Shown one piece after another: positions 13,707 through 24,256 of a stretch of DNA of 64,000 nucleotides. Origin of the DNA: Octopus sinensis (lineage: Eukaryota); assembly GCF_006345805.1 (NCBI RefSeq), contig NC_042999.1, forward strand, positions 109,926,001 through 109,990,000, in the 5' to 3' direction. The first letter of the stretch is position 1. Each line of letters starts with the position of its first letter. The notes beneath the pieces were generated by a model. It was not told the DNA's origin. It worked only from the letters and a program-made list of their open reading frames with translations, and did no database searches. Made by a program: the position numbers and the translations under genes.

Positions 13707-13708
13707 TT

Positions 13709-14150
13709 TGCCAGCGCTGCCTCAACTGGCTCCAGTGCCGGTGGCACATAAAAAGCACCATCCGAATGTGGCCGATGCCAGCGCCGCCTTTGCTGGCTCC
13801 CGTGCCGGTGGTACGTTAAAAGCACCAAAGCACCATCCGAACGTGGCCGATGCCAGCGCTGCCCTGGCTGGCTCCCATGCCGGTGGCACGTTAAAAGCAC
13901 CAACCGATTGTGACTGATGCCGGACCCCCCTGGCACCTGTGCAGGTGGCATGTAAATAGCACCCACTACATTCACGGAGTGGTTGGCGTTAGGAAGGGCA
14001 TCCAGCTATAGAAACTCTGCCAGATCAGACTGGAGCCTGGTGCAGCCCCTGTCTTCCCAGACCCCAGTCGAACCATCCAACCCATGCTAGCACGGAAAAC
14101 GGACGTTAAACGATGATGATTATCATTATGATGATGATGATGATGACGAT
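13709..14150 (+). mobile_element. RTE-LINE 3' UTR copy with 4 hairpin/pseudoknot modules
   Basis: Ends ggttggcgttaggaagggcatccagct...gaaaacggacgttaaac(GAT)n, the same end as the LINE at 48650-48903. Confidence 0.8.
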
Positions 14151-14154
14151 GATG

Positions 14155-14345
14155 GTTTCAAATTTTGGCATAAGGCCAAAATAATAGTAATAATATTAAT
14201 AATGGTTTCTAATTTGGACACAAAATTAGCATTTTTTGTAAAGCGGGAGTTTGTCAACACCATCAACCCTAGCAATTAACTGGTACTTTAATGTATCAGC
14301 TCTGGAGGAATGAAAATCCAAACTCACCTCAGCAGAATTTGAACT
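14155..14345 (-). mobile_element. Degenerate SINE family B pieces
   Basis: Reverse complement contains gttcaaattctgctgagg, gtaccagtt and aatttgaaacc tails. Confidence 0.5.
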
Positions 14346-15083
14346 ATCCAACTAATGATTCTGATAATCCATGACCCTTACAATAATGATGATTATAACA
14401 ATGGCAGCAGTAATAATATCAAATAAGTACAAAATCTTGGATTTTTAGAGAAAAGGCAATGAGAGGTTGTGACAAACATTTTTTTCTTTTTACGTATGTG
14501 CCTTTTCTAAAGATATTAACTGAAATAGAATTGAAACTGATTCATGGACTTGATTTGACAGTTTGTTACTACCCAATTGATTTGCCACTTACAATAGCCA
14601 TGATGTATATTTTTGCCCCAAAAATAGTACACACAGCTTAGCAGAAGTTAAATATGCCTAAAACACTGGATATCTTTTATCATTGTTAGTATTTTTCGCA
14701 AAAACATGAAAATCTATTTTCTCTTTCAGTTCCTAACAACTTACAAAATATAAATAATTCTGACATTATTCTCTAAAAAAAACTAAATAGTCTTTGCAAT
14801 TTCTTCTCGATATTTCATCTATTTCCAATTTCTTTTAATTATAAAATATAGCAAACACAACTTAAAGGGAATAATGGAGAGAGTTCTAATTAATATTTCA
14901 TGAACTATAAGTCACAAAAACGCAAAAATCTATCTATCTATCTATCTACCTATCTCTCTGTATATATACATACATATACATATATATGTATATAGTAATA
15001 TATATATATACATACTTTTATATATATACTTTTATATATATATAGTAATATATATATATACATACTTTTTATATATATATATA

Positions 15084-15135
15084 TTGTTTTCCACCTGCCT
15101 TCGTCTTTTGTCTATTTTCATAAAGCTTCCCGTTA
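15084..15135. repeat. 52-bp interspersed motif embedded in (TA)n, copy 1
   Basis: ttgttttccacctgccttcgtcttttgtctattttcataaagcttcccgtta; 1 mismatch to 33862-33913. Confidence 0.85.
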
Positions 15136-15309
15136 TATATATATATACTTTCAAAATTTATCTTTCCTTGTGCTATATCCTTTTCTTTTCTTACCTTTAT
15201 TTTTTTAAAAAATTTTGGCCGTATCAACAGATTTTATTAATGAAAGCTATGATTCCATTTGCTTAATCTCAATATATTAATATAAAAAATAATGTTCTAC
15301 TGATTTCAG

Positions 15310-15468
15310 ATAGTAATCCATTATTTAAGAAACTGAGGAATTCAACAGAAAATGTTCCAACACAACCAGTATGTGTTCTCAATCGATTTAGAAAGAAACA
15401 TACTCCATGAAAACATGACTTTAGCAAATATACTATGACAAATGTGTGGGACAGATCATATGAAAGAG
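15310..15468 (+). other. Candidate 159-nt exon; possible start MTNVWDRSYER at 15435, with an in-frame TGA at 15408
   Basis: Acceptor tttcag, donor AG/gtgagt; phase-compatible with 21115-21223. Confidence 0.35.
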
Positions 15469-16220
15469 GTGAGTAAATAAATCATTAGTAGATGAAAATT
15501 CTGCCCACGATAATAAAATCTGATGACAAAGTAAGATATTTGATAAACTAAACTGAAATAGATATTTTTTAAATGTCATGTTCACAGTAGGGTGTATATG
15601 TTGACATGTCAAAATTTAATTTCTGTGTAGATGATATCTAAAATCGTATTAAAGAAATTCAAATTCTATATTTTATATCATTGATTTATTCATAGATACA
15701 CAAACATGCATGTGCAAAAATTATAGAAAATTCCTAACCATTAATTTAGAATATTAATTCAAAACTTATTATTACTAACCTCAGAATAAATACAAGCCAA
15801 CTAACTAAATAGTTATTTGTACATGTTATGATCATAGCTAATGTAACGACAAATGCTACTAAATCTTAACCTGGATAAAGAGATTTAATTCTGATTTTTG
15901 CAAATGATTTTACAACACATAGACACACACACACATGTTCTCTCCCTGTTTATTTACCTTGCTATATCTTAGTAAATTTTTCATGGAAAGATGAGAAATT
16001 TTCATTAAAAATATTATAGAATCTTTCGAAATTTCAAAGCGAATCATCATATTTTATAAGACACAAAATTGCAGAAGCAAATAAAAACAATTACACCAGA
16101 TAAAATTTTAGAATGGATACAGTACCTCCTAATTGCTAAGTAAGTAAAGAGAAATAATACCTTAACTGAGATTAAGAGTTGGTAAAATGTACTAAGGCAA
16201 TGTTTATGTGCTTCTTCTGT

Positions 16221-16783
16221 CTTTTACTTGCTTCAGTCATTAGACTGCAGCCATACCAAGGCACCACCTTAAAGAATTTTAGTCAAATGAGTTGATCCCA
16301 ATACTTATTCTTTTTTAAAGCCTAGTTACTTATTCTATCAGTCTCTTTTGCTGAACCACTAAGTTACATGGACATAAACATGTCAATACTGGTTGTCAAG
16401 TAGTGGTGGTAGTGGTGGTAGTAGAGTAGAGTCAAACACAAAGACACAAAGACACACACACATACATGACAGTCTTCTTTCAGTTTCCGTCAACCAAATC
16501 TACTCACAAGGCTTTGGTCAGTTTGGGGATATCGTAGAGGGGGCTTCTCCAAGTACAGGGGATATTAACACACTGACACCAGCTGTCAAGCAACAGGTGG
16601 GGGACAAACACATGCAGATGAATACACACACATAGATATATATACATATATATGATGGGCTTATTTCAGTTTCTGTCTACTAAATCCACTCCTGAGGCTT
16701 TGGTTAGCCCGAGGCTATAGTAGAAGAAATTTGCCCAAGGTGCTACACAAGTGCTTCTTTCCACACAACCATGCTTGTGCCTA
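16221..16783 (-). mobile_element. SINE family A with duplicated internal segment (or two nested partial copies)
   Basis: The block tttcagtttc(c/t)gtc(a/t)a...ggctttggt occurs twice (about 16478 and 16664). Confidence 0.75.
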
Positions 16784-16829
16784 TTCAGGAATTTAACAGT
16801 TATGTATTTAGTTACAAAATAAACAGATT

Positions 16830-17050
16830 GTTATGTCTCAGGTTAACCCCGATTAAGAAGAATGTGATTAAAGGCATTCCAGCTTAGACCATCTTGCTTT
16901 TTTGTAGACTGAGAAAAACTTTACCAGTATCTCATTCCTATTTCAAAACGGTAGGCTGTAATTTGCAGAAATTTGGTAAATGTTTCTAGCAAGCCAAACA
17001 ATTGTATAGAAGTTCCCTGATTAGTTCTTCAGTTAGGTAGGGCTGATTTT
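16830..17050 (+). mobile_element. Unclassified old interspersed repeat
   Basis: Similar by eye to 21930-22150 and 32325-32510 (ttgtt...caggt/aagtt...tgatyaaa...gaccatc...gatttg...atttct). Confidence 0.4.
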
Positions 17051-17593
17051 ATAGTTCCAACCGAATGGGGCATAGCTCTGCATGATATTTTTCTTAACAA
17101 CGTCAATACTTGTCCATAAAAAACACATGCAGACTGTTACAAATTAATACAAGACTGAAAGCAGTTTGTAAAAACATGCTAAAATTATGAGAGAAATGGT
17201 TTTTTTATGAGTGGCTTTTAGTTAGGTCATAGCTGTGAGGTTTAGTGATAACATTTAGAACATATTAAAAAAAAAAACCTTTTACAGACAAAAACAGTTT
17301 TTTTCTATTTTTTGATGGGTAAGAGTGGGTAAAATATAGCTTTATAATCATTTGAAAACATGAAAATATAAATATTTATAAACTGAGTTAAACACTTAAT
17401 TTTCAACATCAATAGAATAAGAAATTTTCTTTTTCTCTTTGCAAGGTCAAGTTTTGTACAAAAACCATATGATAAGCTGAATTACTACAACTATTTGTAA
17501 TACACCAGAAGAATGAAAGACATGACTGACCTTGGGAAAATTTTAACTTAAGATTTACAATGCATTTCTGCCAACAGAATATACAAATAATAT

Positions 17594-17635
<42 letters not shown>

Positions 17636-19085
17636 TTGTCTGTCATCTTGTTCTGAGTTCAAATGCTGCTGGCATTTTATCCTCTACAGGTTGATAAATT
17701 AAGCACCAGGGTTGATGTAATAGACTGGTCCCTTCCTCCAAAATTTCAGGCCTTGTGCCTATATTTGAAAGGATTATTATTATTATTATTATTATTATTG
17801 TTATTATCATTATTACTACGGCAATGTGATGGCAGAATCATTAGCAAGCTGGACAATAAATGCTTAGCAGCATTTTGTCTGTCTTTACATCCTGAGTTCA
17901 AATGCTGCTGAGTTTGACTTTGCTTTTCATCCTTTTGGGGTCAATAAATTAAGTACCAGTGAAACACTGGGATCGATGTAATCAGCCCATTCCCTCCCCC
18001 AAAATTGCTGCCCTTGTGGCAAAATTTGAAACCATTATTATCATTATTACTGCCAAGGTTGATTTTGCCTTTCATTCTTTCACAGTGAAGTACCAGTGAA
18101 ACACTGGGGTCAATGTAATTGACTTCTCCCCATTCTGCTAACTTAGTAGAAAGGATTATTATTATTACCATTATTAACAAGGTAAGCTGGTAGAATCATT
18201 AGTATGCCAGACAAGTACTTAGTGGCACTTTGCCTATCTTTGTGCCTATAATAGAAAAGACTATTATTTTTATTATTATTTAAGGTGGTGAGCTGGCAGA
18301 ATTGTTAGCACACCAGGCAAAATATTTAACAGACTTTCATCCTTTACATTCTGAGTTCAAATTCTGCCAATGCTAATTTCGCCTTTTGATGAAATAAGTA
18401 TCAGTTGAGCTCTGAGGTTGATGTAATTGATTTATACCTTCCCCTAAGTTGTTGGCCTTGCGCCAAAATTTGAAATCATTCTTATTATTATTTCTTTTTA
18501 ATACACAGATTTGAGAAAATTTGGACATTGGACTATAGCAAGTAGCCTTAGATGCCAAAAACCTTTCTAAGTATCCTAGCCGTCCCTAACAATACTGTTT
18601 TATACCAATTTTCACTATTTATCAGAGATACATATTACACTCATCATTATTTTAAGGTGGCGAGCTGGCAGACCCATTAGCATGCTGGATGAAATGCTTA
18701 GCAGTATTTCGTGTGTCACTATGTTCTGAGTTCAAATTCTACCGAGGTTGACTTTGCCTTTCTTCCTTTTGGGGTCAATAAAGTACCAGTTACACACTGG
18801 GGGTCAATGTAATCGACTATCTCCCTCCACCAAATTTCAGGCCTTGTGCCTGTAGTAGAAAGGATTATTTATTTCACACTTGGTAAAACAGCAGACAATA
18901 GAAAAAAAAAAAAAAAAGGACAAAGTGCATGCTCTCATCACTCACATTCTGAATTAAAATCACAACCAAGGTCAAACCTGCCTTCTGGGTCAATAAAATT
19001 TTAAGTATGGGAGTCAGTTTTATCAACTGTTCCTTCCCTTAAAATGTGAGGCCATGTGCTCATGTTAGAAACTACCATTACTATA
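17636..19085 (+). mobile_element. Head-to-tail array of about 7 full or partial SINE family B copies
   Basis: Repeated aaggyggygagctggcaga heads, ttctgagttcaaat B-box, aagtaccagt core; units are separated by (ATT)n tails. Confidence 0.8.
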
Positions 19086-19695
19086 ATTACAAATAATTGT
19101 GATGATGTATCAGTGAAATCAAGCTATCTGAAAACACTTATGTTACACTCCTGGCATTAATATCTAATTATTCTCTCGCCTTTCATTTAACTGTAGTTAG
19201 GTATAATATGGAATAAACAGTTTTATTTTAATATATTGCAAGAAAGAGATGTCAAACAGGCTAAACTGACCAAAATATTATAGTATTATGAGAAATAAAA
19301 TAAAATAAAATAAAAGGTAACATTCTTTATATATGGAAGCCAGTATGCTGCAGGACAAGCAGATAAATTTTCTTGAGTATGCCTGTATGTGTATATATAT
19401 ATATATATATGAATGTATGTATATAAACTTGGACAGATAGATGTGTAAACACACACACTCATATACAAATGTAAATTCATATTTATATGGGATAAAATAA
19501 TGAGGAAGAAAACCTTCTATTTCAACTCTTTGGGAATCTTCAAAGATACATCACCTAAGGATAGAAAACTGTAACCAAGGTAACAGTTTAAAACTTGTAT
19601 TTGAGGAAGATAAAATCCTATGTCTAAAACTTACATCTTCTGTTTTTCTCCCATCCCTCACTCAATCATTTTCTCTCTCTCTCTCAGCCATTATG

Positions 19696-19759
<64 letters not shown>

Positions 19760-21114
19760 TACACATGCACACACACACACACACAAATTATTGTAAGGTA
19801 CAATTATTCACAAAAATATGAAAAACAATAAAATTTAGGAAAAAACAATTCACTTATCTCATACACACTAAAGTACATATATCATCTGCACACACTGAAA
19901 GAGGTCCCCAAGAAACACTTTCATATACATGCGTTTGCTTACACATGTGTGCACATATATACATACAAACACAGGGGAACAAAACTTTATAATGAAATAA
20001 AAAGAAGGCAAAGAAGAAAGGGAAAAAGACAATAAGGAGAAAAGAAGTAGAGACAATTACAAGCTCACACAAGAAATCACACCCACTGACATTATTAAAT
20101 ACACAGGAGGTCTAAGGGTTTTGATAGAGATGGAGGGGTGCAGCTAGACAGGGGATGAGGAAAACCTACCTCCCCTCCATGCTCAGTTTGGCATGAAAGA
20201 TAGGAATTATTCACCCACCTCAAGGAATAAGCTTGCAGGAGGCGGTATATGTTAAATAAGAACAAGAGGAGGAACTTAGGTTCCTTTTATAGAGTGAAAC
20301 CTTTGCTTATGCATGAATAGAAACTTTATCCCTGAGGTTAACTCATCTCTGCCAGTGTGTGTGTGTGCATGCGTGTGTGTGTACATGTGTGTGTAATGCA
20401 GAGCCTCAATACAATGCACAATAGTGGACCCTATTATTGTTAGACCACTGGTTTCTGCATAAATGTTTAGCAAGCTGCTATATTAGGCATTGAAAAGTCT
20501 GAGGGAAAAATTGTCAAAAATAAAGTAAAGAAACAATGTGTTGAAGAATATTAGTCAATGTTTTGTATTTAGACCATGTTGTTCTTGGTGTTCTAATATT
20601 TCTTACTCTAATTATTTGCAGAGCTTAATTATGAAAAAAAAAAAAAGAAGTTAAAAGGGCTACACCACTAAGAAAATGAATTATGATGTAACTGTAATGT
20701 AATTAAGAAAACAAGTTGATATAACCTCAATATTTCTAAGAAAACAAATTATGAACTAACCTTAATATCACACAAATGATGACAACGACTATGACAATAA
20801 CAACAACAACAACAACAATAATGATAATATATCGAAAGTAAGAAATTAAAATTGATGATTCCCACCAACAGAATGACAATATTTCATAAAACTTAAGTCT
20901 CCACATTGATAAAATATAAATCTTGTACAATATCCATTTTGATTTAGAAATAGATGATGATTAATCTTGTGCTTGTAGCTCACTTTACGAAACATAGAAA
21001 AGAAGAAAAAAAAAAGAAAAATATGACTATATTAGAGTCATCTGATTTCTCATTCCACCAAATTCAGAAAGTTTTTTTTTCAGCGTATTTTTTTTTTTTT
21101 TTACATGTTATCAG

Positions 21115-21223
21115 GCCTAGAAATAACCTCTTGGAACAACTTCAAACAAAAAAACTATAACAAGAGACTATTGATGGGTAGCCCCCATATCTTTATAAAC
21201 TTAAACTTCACTGTCACTCACAA
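21115..21223 (+). CDS. Candidate 109-nt coding exon, (G)LEITSWNNFKQKNYNKRLLMGSPHIFINLNFTVTH; product unknown
   Basis: T-rich tract then ttatcag acceptor; donor AA/gtgagt; frame open phase 1 to phase 2. Confidence 0.4.
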
Positions 21224-21299
21224 GTGAGTATCACCTAGTAGCTTGTACCACACTTTCACTAATTGTATTCAGTGCTTATGTAGTCACAAACGGACACAG

Positions 21300-21525
21300 A
21301 CTCCCACCTGGTATTCCCAACTGTGATGAAGTGGAACATCAAAGATGTGACAGCTAAAAGGAGAGAGGGCTGCATCAGCACCAGGCTAGTACTCATTTAC
21401 AGCTGAGAAAGCTGGAATAGCATGAGTGATGTGCCTCATTTAAGGACACAATATGCTATCCAGTCCAGGGGCTGAACCCACAACCTTATGATTGTGAGTC
21501 CAACAGTCAGTTGGCTACATACCTT
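21300..21525 (-). mobile_element. Old SINE related to family C
   Basis: gtactcatttacagctgag and ccagtccaggggctgaacccacaacc resemble 61245-61507. Confidence 0.4.
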
Positions 21526-22722
21526 CACAGGCCAAATAGCCACAAAGGAGGCACGTTAAACAAAGACATTCCAGTTATAACTAACCCATATTTTTGTATG
21601 ATTATGGGTTTCTATAACTGCATTATCTTAGTAAACCACTTAAACTAACAAGGTCAATCAGCAGATGTCTAGTTTTTAACAATATATTTTGCTTAGGATT
21701 GTATTTGTTTCCTCCTACGTAAGCCAAGGTCAAGAAGATCTATCTTCAAAGGACTACATGGGACTATTTAATATTCATAGATCATGTTAGACAACACATT
21801 TCTACCTTTTTGAAGATAGGTGAGTGATATTTCACAGAGATTTTGCAGCTCTATCTATAAGCAACCACATAGAGATTCTATGTGAAGCAACTAAATAAGA
21901 GACCCTTTGTTGGTTCATCTCCTTAGGGTTATTGTTGTTGCACAGTCTCAAGTTAGCTCTGACTGAGGAGACATATGATCAAAAGCATGACCATCCCATA
22001 TTTTTGTTTGATTTTTGTGGTATCTATATATGCATTAACTAACATAACATTCTCTTCTCCTAAGACACTAAGTGATATTTTAGAACGATTTGACTGTTAT
22101 TTCTACCTGGTTTATTGACTGTGCAGAAGCTTCCTTATTTGCTAAATCAGTAGCAAGGTTCCCTCCTTTGGTGGCTGAATGTTTCGATATAAGATACACA
22201 TTGCATGTTGTAGCCAATACGGCACATGAGAAGATTGTTTTGTGGTAGACTCACATACTCCCTAAATGTAAGCATGTGTGTTTGTGTGTGTATGTGTGTG
22301 TGTATAAGCAAGCACTAACAGAATGATACACATGTTCATAAGTGGGATTAATAGGTCTTTGACAGTTATTCAGGCTGAGTAAACTGAGACCGAGATTAAG
22401 GTAGATGCTCACCAACAAACCGAAGCAAAGCATCAAACTTTACTTTGTGATATGCAGCTTCCTGTTTTCACTACTTCTACATCATATTTTAACATGTTCA
22501 TTGATAGTTATTTATCTTCATATCTTGAAAGTTTTTATTTTCTAACCATTTTTGTCATTAATCTCACTCCTCAAAATCCTTTTTCTTTTGCTCTCACCAT
22601 TTTGTATTCTTGTATTTGGTTATTATTTTTCTGTCTCAATTACATTCTCACCTCAGCATAAAAAAAAAAAAAAAAAAACTGTTGGCTTAGATTTGTTATT
22701 AGTACTTCCTAACTCTCTAGAT

Positions 22723-23054
22723 CTGTGCTTCTCAAAATTTTTTAAAATATTGCTCCTTTTAACTAACCCTTTTTTCAGCATTCCCTTGTTATAATTCCAC
22801 AAAATTAAACATGCCACAAAAATACAGCTGTCAACAGGTTGATCATTAAAAAATAACTTGCATACAAGACAGTTCATCATTATGAAATGTTCAAACAATA
22901 TTTTGACCAATAATACTACTGGATTTTTGAAAATAAGTGTAACTAAAAGATGCATCTATCACTTCCAGCTACAGCATCCTTTGTCCCAGAATCCATAAAA
23001 AAAAGTTCCACTACCTACCCCAAGGGGTGGTACTACCCATTTTGATAAGTACTG
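22723..23054. mobile_element. hAT (Charlie-like) MITE
   Basis: TIRs ctgtgcttctcaaa / tttgataagtactg; 8-bp TSD ctctagat / ctttagat, resembling the NTCTAGAN Charlie target. Confidence 0.7.
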
Positions 23055-23359
23055 CTTTAGATACTCCTAGCATGCATTCCACCATCACACCAACTTCCAA
23101 TGATATTGAATTTGATAAACTGCATATAATTTAGTCATAAGCAGAAACTGAATGAGAAAAATCAAATCCTCTGTGCACTCTAAATATTTACAGAGTTTCC
23201 AAAGTCTAAAAGTTTAGGTCACAGAAACATAAATATAAAACACAAGTTAGGCTTGAAAATTGATTATTTTGTTCTATAAATGTTGGTTTTTTGGAAAATA
23301 TAAAAAAAGTAAAAATCAAAAATAATTTTTTTTAAAACAGCCTCCTTCTTCAATACTGC

Positions 23360-23625
23360 TCCACCCACCTCAGTTGAGGGGTCTTGTTTTGTAAGTTATT
23401 TATTTAGTGACTACATCGTTGCTGGTGCCTCATAAAAAATACCTAGTAGACTTTGTAAAGTGGTTGGCATTTGGAAGGGGATCAAACTGTAGAAACCATG
23501 CCAAAGCAGACAGAGAGTTTGGTACAGTCTTCTGAGCTGCCGGTTCCTATCAGACCATCCATGCCAGCATGGAAAACAGATGTCAAATGATACTGATGAT
23601 GATGATGATGATGATAATGATGAGA
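23360..23625 (+). mobile_element. Old RTE-type 3' end
   Basis: gtggttggcatttggaagggg...ccatgccagcatggaaaacagatgtcaaa followed by (GAT)n. Confidence 0.55.
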
Positions 23626-24139
23626 TATTGCTATAACGTTTATTATATTTTTAAAAACTCAAACACATACAGACTAATCATTTACTCTTTCTCCCTCCCC
23701 ACCCTGCTTCTCTCTTGGTGTATCTGTGCGTGTGGTGCGTGAATCTGTGAGGGTGCATGGTGCCAAGTGCTAGGGTGAAGACGGCCAAGAGACTGTAAAT
23801 GCTCATGACTACATAGGCACCTACAACATACAGCAAAGGCATAGTGCATGTGTGTTACTAAGTGGTTCTCACTTGTTCGTAATAGTTGGTTGTGCTGTAC
23901 TTCACATACACACATACACATCTGAAGCAACTCTTGGTATTTAAGCTAGATCAGGAAATTTTAGAAAATCAAAACCCTATAACTAAATAAGGGTACATAT
24001 AACATATATGTACCTTCTTTCAAGCAGTTGCTCAAATAAATGAAATATTCATATTAAAATGAGATCATTTTCATTTACTTTGGTATGTTAAGAATACACT
24101 GCATGACTTGCATTCATGGAAAAAATGAAACTGCTAGCT

Positions 24140-24256
24140 AACATACATACATACATACATACATACATACACATACACACATACATACATACATACATAC
24201 ATATATACATACATACATACATACATACATACATACATACATACATACATACATAC
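24140..24256 (+). repeat. (TACA)n microsatellite
   Basis: Read directly from the sequence. Confidence 0.95.

Noticed and set aside
15408-15410. Selenocysteine codon
   Set aside because: No redox motif or selenoprotein similarity is recognisable and no SECIS could be identified by eye.
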